NCBI GenBank assembly: GCA_965197475.1
Contig: CBDANF010000003.1
Location: forward strand, 1,856,001 to 1,920,000
Direction of reading: 5' to 3'
DNA: 64,000 bases
From: Candidatus Poribacteria bacterium
GTDB lineage: Bacteria; Poribacteria; WGA-4E; WGA-3G
Positions 10,694-20,951 of the stretch are shown piece after piece. Made by a program: the position numbers and the translations under genes. Position 1 is the first letter of the stretch. The number at the start of each line of letters is the position of its first letter. The notes below the pieces were generated by a model. It had not been told where the DNA came from and ran no database searches. It was given only the letters and a program-made list of their open reading frames with translations.

Positions 10694-11524
10694 TTAAGAC
10701 AAGTTTTTTTGCTCAAATTCCACAGGTGTCAAATACCCTAACGCAGAGTGAGGGCGTTTGTGATTATACACTTGTGTAATAAAATGCCCAATGCGGGTTC
10801 TTGCTTCGTGGATGTCCTCATAGTCATTGAGATGAACTTCTTCTTCCTTGAGCGTGCGGATAAGTCTTTCAGCATATCCGTTCTCCCAAGGACACCCTCT
10901 CCGGGCGACTGAAATCTCAATCCCATGATGCCTAAGCAGTGAGATGGACGCATTTGAAAGATATTGAACGCCTTGATCAGAATGATGGATCTCTGGGACA
11001 CTTTGACATAATGCTGTCTCCAAGGGTTTCAACGTCAGAGATTGCGTCAAGTGTTGACTGATATGCCACCCTCTGATCATGCGAGTGAAGACATCCATGA
11101 GCAGACAAACATAGATAAAGTGTCCTTTGAGGCGGACGTAGGTAATATCGCCCACCCAGACCTGATTACATCGGGAGACATCAAGGTTTTCAAGGCGATT
11201 GCTCCAGGGACGCACACCCGCAACGGATGTCGTGGTTTGACAGACACGCTTGACAGAAACCGAGAGGTTGGCGGACTTCATCAATCGGGCAACACGTTTA
11301 TACCCGATGGTGTATCCGCTACGCACCAACAACTGTGTGGGACGCCTATATCCGTATGTTGGATATAGCAAAGATAACGTCTCTATTTCATCCTGGAGGC
11401 CCGCTTCACACGGGGCCTGCTTGGAGTGATAATAGAGGTTGCTTCGGTTGAAACCGAGTGTCTCACATATCTGCCGAACCGAAAAGTCTGTCCGTAATGC
11501 CGTAACCATTTCTCGCTGCTCCAT
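10694..11524 (-). CDS. IS3 transposase OrfB
   Basis: Protein identical to 1001-1831. Confidence 0.95.
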   Translation of the reverse strand: MEQREMVTALRTDFSVRQICETLGFNRSNLYYHSKQAPCEAGLQDEIETLSLLYPTYGYRRPTQLLVRSGYTIGYKRVARLMKSANLSVSVKRVCQTTTSVAGVRPWSNRLENLDVSRCNQVWVGDITYVRLKGHFIYVCLLMDVFTRMIRGWHISQHLTQSLTLKPLETALCQSVPEIHHSDQGVQYLSNASISLLRHHGIEISVARRGCPWENGYAERLIRTLKEEEVHLNDYEDIHEARTRIGHFITQVYNHKRPHSALGYLTPVEFEQKNLS

Positions 11525-11529
11525 CGAGG

Positions 11530-11820
11530 CTAACTCAAGTAAGTTGAGGCTTTTTTTTGGATGTCAAGTGCCAAGGTCAACCGCCCAACGAGTTGCTCAA
11601 GTTGGGCGATCCGCTCCGCAGAGGCATCAGACTGTTTATCAGCGGGTTCAAAGAGGGTCGCCGCTTTTTCAAGAAGCTGTCGCTTCCACTTTGAAAGTTG
11701 TTCATCGATGAGGTTATGTCGCCGACACACTTCTGCTTGGGAACTTTCAACGCTGAGAGCCTCAAGAACAACTTCGGCTTTAAACTCGGGGGTGAAGTTT
11801 CTTCGTTTTCGTTTCGCCAT
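11530..11820 (-). CDS. IS3 transposase OrfA
   Basis: Protein identical to 705-995. Confidence 0.92.
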   Translation of the reverse strand: MAKRKRRNFTPEFKAEVVLEALSVESSQAEVCRRHNLIDEQLSKWKRQLLEKAATLFEPADKQSDASAERIAQLEQLVGRLTLALDIQKKASTYLS

Positions 11821-11899
11821 CGGATACTCCTTTCAAGGAGATGGATATTATACCATAATCTTGTCTTAGAGAGCGGCCCGAATTTCCGGTGGCAGTACA

Positions 11900-12004
11900 T
11901 TGTGTTATAGTGTCAGATGTATCGTCTCTATCACATCCTAAAGTTATTAAAAGTGCTAGTATAGCAACTAATAATATTGAGGTTTTTATCCCATTGAAGA
12001 ACAT
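11900..12004 (-). pseudogene. N-terminus of a lipoprotein gene truncated by IS3
   Basis: MFFNGIKTSILLVAILALLITLGC lipobox, then runs into the IS end. Confidence 0.6.
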
Positions 12005-12157
12005 AGCTATCTCTCCTATTATAAATCATAACAATGAGGAACAGCTGCCATTCCCCGAACAAAGCAAGCATAGATATGTCCGATAAAATAAAAAGTCAAT
12101 ATTCTGCATGCAGAATTCATGGTACTCGAATAGTACTTAAAATTACAGTACAAAATA

Positions 12158-12186
12158 TTGACAAAATTTAAAGAATATGATATACT
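12158..12186 (+). promoter_or_regulatory. Sigma70-type promoter
   Basis: TTGACA-17-TATACT with extended -10 TG. Confidence 0.65.
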
Positions 12187-12340
12187 TATAATGACGAGGA
12201 ATGGCAAACTGATCTTCAATGTTGTTTTCCTTAGTCTCAGGCAAGTTTGGCAATACCAGTACTAAACTTGTCAACCCGAAAATTAGACTCGTTGTGAGAA
12301 TCTTAAATGTGATGACTCACAACGAGTCATCAACACATCT

Positions 12341-12369
12341 ATTTTAACATAGCAACAATGCAATGTCAA
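12341..12369 (-). promoter_or_regulatory. Sigma70-type promoter convergent with 12158-12186
   Basis: TTGACA-17-TAAAAT with extended -10 TG. Confidence 0.65.
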
Positions 12370-12389
12370 ATAAAATTACGCTTTTTTAA

Positions 12390-12886
12390 TTAATACCTAA
12401 TATAGTTTTTACTATCCTTATCGTCCATAATTTGATCAAACAGTCCTAACTGCTTTGGACCTTGCTGGTTTTCCACGTATTCTTTCAGGACATCCAATGT
12501 CACGCCACCCGTAGATGATACAAATTTAGAAGGTGTCCACAAAGACCGAATACGCCTCAACCATCTAAACTCTCTCCGTAATGTGCGAGATGAATATCCT
12601 TTAATCTTTCCGATAATCTCTGTAACATTGAAATGCGGAGCAATTGACACTAACAGATGTATATGATCTGACATGGTCTCAATTGCGATGACTTCATAAT
12701 TATAATCCTCCTGTTTTTCTTCAATAATCTCTTTCAACCGATCTTGGATTTTAGGCGACAGCCACTTCTTACGATACTTAGTACACCAGATGATGGATAA
12801 TCACAGGCATGTACCGTATGATTGGCACGCTTGTATTCGTTCTTTGTTCGATTAGATTTTGTTTGATATGCATTTCTGTCACTCAT
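12390..12886 (-). pseudogene. tnpA: IS200/IS605 Y1 transposase TnpA with one frameshift
   Basis: DHIHLL HUH motif, LWTPSKFVSSTG, EYVENQ; restoring one base near 12797 gives YHIIWCTKYRKK. Confidence 0.88.
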
Positions 12887-12988
12887 AATTTCCTTCCCTT
12901 TAAAATCAGAAGTGTGAGAACGGTGAACGTCCCCACACACGATAAACCCTTGCCACAGTTGACACGGTTTCAGTTTTATTGTAATATA

Positions 12989-13232
12989 CGGAGTGCAAGT
13001 AAGTCGAAAAACAATAAACCACTTACCCGCACCCCTATGCAGGAAATCATAGACGATGAAAAGGGTCGTCTCATTCCTGCAATTCGGTAACGAAGTAATA
13101 GCAGGATTCAAGATGGCAATCAATGTGCCTGTTTACTCCTTACAAGTTCTAAATCGATCGTTTGACACACCACCGTGTGCCACCCGTCGACACGTTGACC
13201 TAATGTCAACACACGAACACACGTTTGTCAAA
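12989..13232 (-). ncRNA. Putative structured RNA upstream of tnpA
   Basis: Several long stems whose G-U pairs fit only the minus strand, e.g. GGGGTGCGGGTAAGT..ACTTACTTGCACTCC. Confidence 0.4.
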
Positions 13233-13438
13233 TCTATTTTCAATCTATTTTGGCTCGATGGAGGCAATGTCAGAAAGAGTTTATCTGTGGTAACTAATGC
13301 TGATAACTAATGTTTGATTTTTTGTTTTTCTTGATTTTTTCAACAAAAACGGTATACTAGCACTGGTTTATATTGGAATTTTTACCTCAATAAAAATATT
13401 GTATCAATGCAATATTCCACTCGTTATAAAAATACTGT

Positions 13439-14424
13439 GGCTCATGTAAAAAGTAAGTGCTATTTTTTCAAAGTTATGTTAGAGTGTTACCTATGGACTT
13501 TCCAATACAATCTCTCCTGGATGAAGAAAAAACTCAAGCGTGGGTGTTGGATCATTTCCACCTTCAAGGGCTGTGTTGCCCAAAATGCCAAGCGAGCGTG
13601 GCGGAGGCACGCAAGTTCCGTCCGACTGAAACAAGTGGTCTACAAGTGTATCGCTGCAAACACTGTGAGAGCATCTACAACCTCTATACCGGGACGGTCT
13701 TTGCTGGCACGCAGTTTCGTCCCTCACAGGTCGTTCTGCTTTTGCGCGGTGTCTGTCAAGGTGTTTCAAGTGCACAACTCGGGTGTGAACTGGGTCTAAG
13801 TCGTCAAACCGTTCTTTCTATAAGACGTAAACTCCAAACTTCGGCAGAGCAGATACAACCCGAAGCTGCTTTACCTGATGCTGAAGTCGAAACAGATGAG
13901 ATGTTTCAAAACGCCGGTGAAAAAGGCGATAAGCACGTTGATGCTTCGGATCCGCCGCGTCGGCGTGGCAATAAACGCAGGGGACATGGGACTTATGACA
14001 ATGATCGTCCGCCTATTGTTGGGACGAAAGGTCGCGAAAGCGGTCTCCTGAGATTACGTGTTGTGCGGCACACCGATTCTGCGACGCTTTCAACACACGT
14101 TCATCAGTGGACGTTGCCGACTTCAACGGTGTATACGGATGGTTGGCGTGGCTATAACCGTATTCAGCGCGCCCGTGAGATTGTTCTCCATAAGGATGGC
14201 GAGTGGGCAAGAGACGCAGACGGTGATGGTCTTTACGAGATCCATACAAGGACGATTGAAGGTGCCTGGACGACGCTGCGAAACTTCCTTCGTCCCTTTC
14301 GTGGCGTTCATAAAAAGTTCCTCGCCGGTTACGTCGCAATCTGTGAGTTCGTCATGAATCTAAAAGCTGTCAGTGTTGATTTTATAGCAAAACTTGTCAA
14401 AAGCACTTACTCTTGACATGAGCG
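13439..14424 (+). mobile_element. IS1595-family element A
   Basis: IRs GGCTCATGTAAAAAGTAAGTGC / GCACTTACTCTTGACATGAGCG. Confidence 0.9.
13493..14416 (+). CDS. IS1595-family transposase
   Basis: Zn ribbon CPKC..CKHC, HTH, ETDEM, YTDGW, TIEGAW. Confidence 0.9.
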   Translation: MDFPIQSLLDEEKTQAWVLDHFHLQGLCCPKCQASVAEARKFRPTETSGLQVYRCKHCESIYNLYTGTVFAGTQFRPSQVVLLLRGVCQGVSSAQLGCELGLSRQTVLSIRRKLQTSAEQIQPEAALPDAEVETDEMFQNAGEKGDKHVDASDPPRRRGNKRRGHGTYDNDRPPIVGTKGRESGLLRLRVVRHTDSATLSTHVHQWTLPTSTVYTDGWRGYNRIQRAREIVLHKDGEWARDADGDGLYEIHTRTIEGAWTTLRNFLRPFRGVHKKFLAGYVAICEFVMNLKAVSVDFIAKLVKSTYS

Positions 14425-14433
14425 AAGGGAAGT

Positions 14434-15418
14434 GGCTCATGTAAAAAGTAAGTGCTTTTTTCTTTCTTTCTGCTATAGTATAGCATATGGATTTTCCAAT
14501 ACTTTCTTTAATTGATGACGAACGCGCGGCGGAATGGTTGCTAAACCATTTCCATCCCCAGGGTTTACACTGTCCACATTGCGATGTGAGCGTGGCGGAG
14601 GCACGCTATTTTAGAACAACAAAAACAAGTCGCATAAAGGTTTACCGCTGTAAAGTATGTAAGGGTGTATATAACCTCTATAGTGGGACAGTGTTTGCTC
14701 AAAAACAGTATCGTCCTTCACAGGTAGTTCTGCTTTTGCAAGGTGTTTGCAAAGGTTTTTCTTCCGCTCAATTGGCACGCGAACTCAATATCAGTCGTCA
14801 AGCGGTGCTTTCCATACGGCGTGTGCTTCAGGCATCTGCCGAGATGATGCAACCTGAGGTAGCTTTGCCGGACACTGCAACAGAAACAGATGAGATGTTT
14901 CAAAACGCAGGTGAAAAAGGAGAACCGCATAAAGACCTGAAGGATCCACCGCGTCGGCGTGGTAATAAACGCAGAGGTCATGGCACTTATGCGAATGATC
15001 GTCCACCTATAGTCGGCACGATCGGGCGCAAAAGTAAGCGTGTCCGATTGCGTGTGGCACATCATACCGATAGTGCTACACTCTCATCACACGTGCATCA
15101 GTTCACGCTCCCCACTGCTACTGTATATACAGATGGATGGCGAGGCTATAATCGTATTGATCGTTCTCATGCGAGCGTGTGTCATGGTGATGGCGAATGG
15201 GCGAGGGATGACGATGCGGATGGTATTTTTGAAACCCATATCAACACGATTGAAGGTGTGTGGACAACGGTTCGTAACTTTCTCCGCCCATTTCGCGGTG
15301 TTCATAAAAAGTTCCTTTCGGGATATATCGCTATCTGTGAATTTGTTATTAATCTCAAATCTATTACTACTGAGTTTATATCACGACTCGTCCAACGCAC
15401 TCACTCATAACATGAGCC
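14434..15418 (+). mobile_element. IS1595-family element B (diverged tandem partner)
   Basis: Same IRL; IRR GCACTCACTCATAACATGAGCC; 9 bp downstream of element A. Confidence 0.9.
14487..15410 (+). CDS. IS1595-family transposase
   Basis: CPHC..CKVC, ETDEM, YTDGW, HINTIEGVW. Confidence 0.9.
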   Translation: MDFPILSLIDDERAAEWLLNHFHPQGLHCPHCDVSVAEARYFRTTKTSRIKVYRCKVCKGVYNLYSGTVFAQKQYRPSQVVLLLQGVCKGFSSAQLARELNISRQAVLSIRRVLQASAEMMQPEVALPDTATETDEMFQNAGEKGEPHKDLKDPPRRRGNKRRGHGTYANDRPPIVGTIGRKSKRVRLRVAHHTDSATLSSHVHQFTLPTATVYTDGWRGYNRIDRSHASVCHGDGEWARDDDADGIFETHINTIEGVWTTVRNFLRPFRGVHKKFLSGYIAICEFVINLKSITTEFISRLVQRTHS

Positions 15419-15464
15419 AACATCCTCTACAAAAATAGACAACACGTGTCACTCAAGATTTACT

Positions 15465-17582
15465 TTACCTTTCATTTGAAACAACCGGCACATCTTCTTT
15501 TTCAAGGATCGCATGCTTCACAGCTGGGAAAAACGGACTGTTAGAACTTATTGCCATCCATCTTTTCGAAAAGAATTCCATAGCAATGTGAACATTGGAA
15601 TCATTGGTAGACATATCACCTGATTCCTGTGATGGTATCCAATTTTCATAAGTAACTGGATCACCGTTGATCCATTGCAATGATGTGTTCTTTTGTGATG
15701 TTTTCAACCCAATCCAATAGAACAAGTTTTCAGCAAAACGTGCCTCTAACCATCTCTGTTCTGCTTCACTGTTAACACTAACAAGATATGCATCTTCTGC
15801 AGCAGCTTTAGTCTTTGCGTCATTCCAACTGTCGCACTGAATCTTTTTGTAAGCATGTCCATTTTCGGGGTTTACTGTCCACACCGCTTGTTGTTTTTTC
15901 ACCCGCTCATTCTGTTTTTTGCGATGTTTCTCCACATCTTTAAGTCTTAAGACCAGTTTATCGTAATGCTGTCCCTCTTTTAAACGAAACCATCTGGATT
16001 TTGCTGATGCGCCCTCATATCTCACCAACACCGAGTATTCTGCTGCCTCATCCAGTTGATTATACACGAAATAGCCTTGGGAATCAGTTTCAGCACCCCC
16101 GCTTGATGTTGATCTGCTTGAACCACTGGTAAAGAAAAGGAGGAAAGTATCTCGTATGCGTTGCCGAACGGTGAGTCGAATCCCCGCATTGGCAAGGGGT
16201 GTTCCATCCTTTAAAAGAACCCGTCCCCGAATTCGCATCGGCGCAGGTTTCACTGTGACGACTATGTTTTCAAGTGGCATACCCGGTTCAATAGCAAATG
16301 TGGGTTTGCCAAACCAGTTAGGTAAATTTCTATGAGATCCTTTGAAATAAAAAGTCATATCGCCGATTTCAAGGGTAACAATTTCAAAATCGGATCCCCC
16401 TTCAGGCAACATCACCAATTGTGATGGAACGGAATCAATGTTGGCAAAAGAAAAACCTCCTTGTTTATCAGTTTCGACTCGTTTCCAAGAAGATATAGGT
16501 GTGCAAGGGACCACATCATTATTTCGATTAAATTCTACCGGTTTAATTGTGAGTTCAAGCCCAGGAACAGCGTTTCCGTCTGTGTCTACAACCTTACCGG
16601 AAAGGGATGTAGTGCCTTTCTCTGTAATATTATCAGATTTTGAATCCTTTCTCGTATCTGTCTCTGCTGAGTTGACTAATTGTGCATCCGGTTTCTGTGC
16701 AGCATTGTTGTTTCTAATCGGAACATCCGAGTGTCCCGCCCGATTTCGCAACACGGGTTTCTCTGGAGAATCTACAATCTGTTGTGCATCTGTTATCTCA
16801 ACCGTCGGTTCGGATGTCGCGTCAAAACTATACGGTTTCTGAAAACGGTATAGATATTGCGCCCCCACACCCAGCAGTAAAAAAACTAAAATGGCAGAGG
16901 CACTCGAAACTAACCACGGAACCAGAGGTTTATTCCCAGACGGTGCTGCAGGTTTAAGATGTGATATTTCCTTCATAATATTCTCTGTTAATTGTATTGG
17001 CAATTGGAACCCACTAAGTATTTCTTGAATCATTGCTTCTTCCTTCCTTAATCGGTTGCGTGCGCGGTGAAGCCGACTCTTAACTGTGTTCGTTGATACG
17101 CCGAGAAATCTGCCAATCTCTTCACAACTCAAACTAGCAAGATAGTGAAGTGTAACCACTGTCCGATCGCTCTCTCGCAACTTGCTGAGCAGTTTATGAA
17201 CCACCGCGTAACGCTTTTCTTTTGTCACTTCCTCGCGCTGCCAAGACACGTATTCCGAGTAATATGCTTCCTCCAACTCAACAGGATCTGTTCCCTCTAA
17301 AGATTCTGGTTGGGGCTTTTTCTTTCGGTACCACGTGATACACTTGCGATTTGCGATGACATAGAGCCATCCCGCAAAGCAGTTGCGATTTTTGAGGGTC
17401 CCAAGTTTTTGATACGCAGTGATGAATACATCCTGAGTAATCTCTTGTGCAATGTGAAAATCACTGATCTTCTGCCATGCCAACGCGTGTATCTGATCTT
17501 GGTATTTTTCCACAAGTGCTGCGAAAGCATGCTGATCGCCTTCAAGGACGCGTTCAATCAACTCAGCATCACCGTGTTTCAT
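15465..17582 (-). CDS. ECF sigma factor fused to a TM helix, carboxypeptidase-regulatory-like domains and a C-type lectin-like domain
   Basis: Sigma2 (QDVFITAY..FAGWLY), sigma4 (EIGRFLGVSTNTVKSRLHRAR), hydrophobic TM segment, NGHAY..SWNDAK..YLVSVNSEAEQ..YWIGL..W..G..VTYENW. Confidence 0.88.
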   Translation of the reverse strand: MKHGDAELIERVLEGDQHAFAALVEKYQDQIHALAWQKISDFHIAQEITQDVFITAYQKLGTLKNRNCFAGWLYVIANRKCITWYRKKKPQPESLEGTDPVELEEAYYSEYVSWQREEVTKEKRYAVVHKLLSKLRESDRTVVTLHYLASLSCEEIGRFLGVSTNTVKSRLHRARNRLRKEEAMIQEILSGFQLPIQLTENIMKEISHLKPAAPSGNKPLVPWLVSSASAILVFLLLGVGAQYLYRFQKPYSFDATSEPTVEITDAQQIVDSPEKPVLRNRAGHSDVPIRNNNAAQKPDAQLVNSAETDTRKDSKSDNITEKGTTSLSGKVVDTDGNAVPGLELTIKPVEFNRNNDVVPCTPISSWKRVETDKQGGFSFANIDSVPSQLVMLPEGGSDFEIVTLEIGDMTFYFKGSHRNLPNWFGKPTFAIEPGMPLENIVVTVKPAPMRIRGRVLLKDGTPLANAGIRLTVRQRIRDTFLLFFTSGSSRSTSSGGAETDSQGYFVYNQLDEAAEYSVLVRYEGASAKSRWFRLKEGQHYDKLVLRLKDVEKHRKKQNERVKKQQAVWTVNPENGHAYKKIQCDSWNDAKTKAAAEDAYLVSVNSEAEQRWLEARFAENLFYWIGLKTSQKNTSLQWINGDPVTYENWIPSQESGDMSTNDSNVHIAMEFFSKRWMAISSNSPFFPAVKHAILEKEDVPVVSNER

Positions 17583-17812
17583 GGGACACCTCACAAACAG
17601 AATAATCTTTTAATTTATAGACGCGATTTTGAATTGGAAGGTTGCACTTTTGGAAATAAAACCAATATTTAAGGAAGAAGGTTCACCAAAATGATAACAT
17701 AAAGACGATCAACTGCCAATTTAAAATGACTATACTTTGGACATTTTTTAGTGTTTTATCTGAAAGCTTGGTTTATTCAACCTCTTAGACATTAAGACAA
17801 GCTCATCCTTAT

Positions 17813-17927
17813 TATACCAATTCTATAAATTATTTTCTCTTTTGAAAAAATGTAAGAGGCGCAATGAATTGCGCGACTACGAACTGTCTATTTTTTTAAG
17901 AGAAGTTATTTTTGAGAAATGGTATTA
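17813..17927. mobile_element. MITE (TATACC ends) with an internal REP
   Basis: TATACCAATTCT..AGAAATGGTATTA ends; GAGGCGCAATGAATTGCGCGACTACGAAC also at 43433. Confidence 0.65.
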
Positions 17928-18998
17928 TACCAAATTAACTTGATTCATATTGTTTTTCGATTTCACAAATCCATTGAAAGCCGACATGTGCCTGCATAAT
18001 GTCCCAGTTTTTAGCGAACCATTGACACCGATTGACAAGCATCTTTCAAGAGACAAAAGTGTTTGGAATACATGATTGGCAACCATCTCTCGTAACAAAG
18101 GCCAAAGCCGTTCGGCAGGTTGTAGTTCGGGCGAATAAGGAGGTAAATAAAATAACTCAATGCCCGCAGGCACTCACACCGCTTTACTCGTGTGAAACCC
18201 TGCGCGATCTACAAGCAGCACTATCTGTTTCTTTGCTTCGGGGTTTACATCACGCGCAAACTCTGCTAACGCAAGGTTCATCACCTCAACACTGACGGTG
18301 GGCAACAGAAGCCAATAGGTATCACCTGTCTGAGGACGCACAAAACCGAATCCGTAAACCTAAACAGGTTCGTCTTCTACCCAAACTTCTACCGGTTTTC
18401 CGGGTGCTCACTTTCAAGGGCAGCGACGCGCGCTTTTAGTTTTTTAATGCCTGCTGTGCTTTCGGTGTCACAGATACCTGATGTTGTGGACGAGGTGTCT
18501 GTCCAGTCCAACCGAGGCGTTTGAGATACTTCCAACCTGACATGGCACGGACAGGGTGCTGAAGTCTCTCTGATATCCAAGCAGCAACTTTAGGACCTGT
18601 CCAAAGTCCACCATCAGCAGGAGGCGCAGAAAGTGCAGCCTCAAGTGCTGCTTGCTGTGTTTCATCCAGAAAACGGCACCTTCCATTGTTTTTGCGTTTG
18701 TCTCGTAGTGCTTTTTCACCCGCAGCGTTATAGCGTTTGAGTAGTTTGCGAACCCAGTCCGCAGTGCAACCTACAATATCAGCGACTTCGCGGGGTGTCC
18801 TCGGATGTGTGGTGTCAGCAAGAAGCCAAATAATATGCCAATGTGTCCGTTCCCGAGAACATTTACATTCAAGATACCTTTGTCTAAGAACTTCTGTCGT
18901 AAAATGGGGAAAACCCGTTGTTTAGTGTTTTTGTTTTCATGTGTTCACAATAACAATCTAAAAAACAAATACAAGAATATTTACGTTAATATGGTATA
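17926..18998 (-). mobile_element. Decayed IS630-family element
   Basis: IRs TATACCAAATTAAC / GTTAATATGGTATA; fragmented transposase with LPPYSPELQPAERLW. Confidence 0.85.
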
Positions 18999-19078
18999 AC
19001 CTGTAAATATACTTGAATACTATTGACAGTGCGCTTACAAAGCGCGCCTACAGTTAAATGTTTACATTTTTAATGATG

Positions 19079-20281
19079 TCAATTAGGGTTAGAGACAAGA
19101 CCTATCCCCGACGCAATCGCTTTATCCCAATCAGCAGTAAACACCCACCAATTTGTCATATCCGTATTCTTATATTGAATCCCATTCTTATGTCCAGGCA
19201 TATTTTGCATCCAATAGATATACCACTGTGACTCTATTCGTTGCGGAATTTTTTTGGGATCAGAGTCTGGCCATGCATACTTCAATTTTCCATAAGTATT
19301 GACGTTAACTAATTTCTTTGCTCCACTATTATCTGGTGTCCAATCTTCAATATCGCTTTCGACGAGTGTCATCGTTTCAGTATAGTCATAGTGTTTTACC
19401 GTATTTGGTGGCATGTGTGTCCAACCTGCGCGCCCGGTAATGAAGTTCCCATTTTCGTCTTGCCCAACAAATTTTTTCCAAAAGAGATCAGTATTGCCAT
19501 ATTGTAAATGATTGACGTGGCTCAATATTGCTTCTAATTGATGCCCGTGATTGTGTACCGCTTCTGCGTGGCTTCGTCTGAAGTTTTGCCCATAGACGGT
19601 ATAAGTAGAATTGTAGATAGGCAGATCCGTGTTATCTCGGTTGCTGTTGGAGATATCCCCCGTCAGTGGACTTGACATATTCGATTCCCACCAATTTCTA
19701 AAATCTTCAGGTTTATGGATAGCAGGGTCATAACATGGAAAATCAGAATTCACAGCACCCATCCATATCCATATCTCTTTGACACCTAAATCGTTGACAT
19801 AATGTTTCATGTTGAAGCGTTCAAAAATTTTATGATAATCAGGAGCGTAGAGAGGGGTACCATCCTTTAAATGGTCACAGACCGGTCCTTGCGGTGTTTG
19901 TTCATAAACGGTAATGTATTCTACCACACGATAATCGATTGATGGGACAGCAGCAGGATTTTTATAACCTCTGAACCGTGTTCCTTCTTCAAGCATGAAC
20001 TTTACCCGTTTATCAAAAAGATCAATTTTTGTCTTGAGCTCCGCTAAGGTAATTTCACCTAAATCCCAAAAATCGGGTGCTTTTGACACATCCACATTTA
20101 TACCGTCTGTTGTCGGTATAAATCTCATTATGACCACTGGGATTTCATTGATATGCCCTGGGGCGGGGGTAGCTAAATAAGGGTCAATTTTTTCAAATAC
20201 TGGAGGAATTTCCTCTGCAAATCCGTGCGTTGAATTCATTAGCATCATGATGAGCGCGCATCCTAATAAAATAGTCTTCAT
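19079..20281 (-). CDS. Secreted hypothetical protein (possible zincin-like)
   Basis: Signal peptide; EAVHNHGHQLE motif; 400-aa ORF. Confidence 0.75.
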   Translation of the reverse strand: MKTILLGCALIMMLMNSTHGFAEEIPPVFEKIDPYLATPAPGHINEIPVVIMRFIPTTDGINVDVSKAPDFWDLGEITLAELKTKIDLFDKRVKFMLEEGTRFRGYKNPAAVPSIDYRVVEYITVYEQTPQGPVCDHLKDGTPLYAPDYHKIFERFNMKHYVNDLGVKEIWIWMGAVNSDFPCYDPAIHKPEDFRNWWESNMSSPLTGDISNSNRDNTDLPIYNSTYTVYGQNFRRSHAEAVHNHGHQLEAILSHVNHLQYGNTDLFWKKFVGQDENGNFITGRAGWTHMPPNTVKHYDYTETMTLVESDIEDWTPDNSGAKKLVNVNTYGKLKYAWPDSDPKKIPQRIESQWYIYWMQNMPGHKNGIQYKNTDMTNWWVFTADWDKAIASGIGLVSNPN

Positions 20282-20419
20282 TTTGTGTATTGAAACGATA
20301 TCGTATAAAAAGAATCCTCATGTGCCTTGTAGCGCATGAGGATTAAAATAATATCAAATATGGTTAAATAAAAGTTTTCACAAACAGAAATGTGAAAGTA
20401 ATTCCAAATCCTAATCAAT

Positions 20420-20785
20420 TTATTCATCAAGTAGTTGTGCTGTAAAACGAGGCTTTTCACCAACTTCTTCAATTGCTTCAACTGCATCAATTAAAGTTGT
20501 CGTTTTAACTTTGTCTTTCTCAACTTTCAAAACGACCTTTTCGTCTGCTTGTGAAACACTGACGACCTCGGTAACACCTGCAACCTTACTAAGTGCATCC
20601 TGCACTTTACTGGTACAAGCACCTCAGACCATACCTGTTACGGTTAAGCTGATTTCTTCGATTGGAACATTTACCTCAGATTGTTGCGTCTCTTCCGATG
20701 GTTTCTCTGTAGTATCTTTTTGCTGGTTAGCACATCCAAAAACGACTACCAGCGCAAATAGGCAGATAAGTGCTTTTTTTAACAT
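20420..20785 (-). CDS. HMA-domain lipoprotein selenoprotein (GMV-U-GAC)
   Basis: Lipobox VFGC; in-frame TGA at 20626-20624 replaces the first Cys of GMxCxxC; frame continues as an HMA fold; hairpin AAGTGCA-GGA-TGCACTT downstream. Confidence 0.85.
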
Positions 20786-20951
20786 TTCAATAGATTCCTT
20801 CTTAAATATCTGATTTGGCACAAATAGTTAATAAAAATTTTTAAGTCTTATAACGGATATATTTATTGTTGTCCGAATTGTGTTACATACTGGACAATTA
20901 GCACAATATGACAGATGAAGGGCGAGAGACCTCGCCCTTGCAAGTCAGTCG

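Larger units (their letters stand above)
10655..11899 (-). mobile_element. IS3-family insertion sequence, copy 2 (inverted)
   Basis: Same ends, same length and identical translated ORFs as 626-1870. Confidence 0.95.

Noticed and set aside
626-11899. Composite transposon bounded by the two IS3 copies
   Set aside because: The outer flanks share no TSD; the flank pattern fits an inversion
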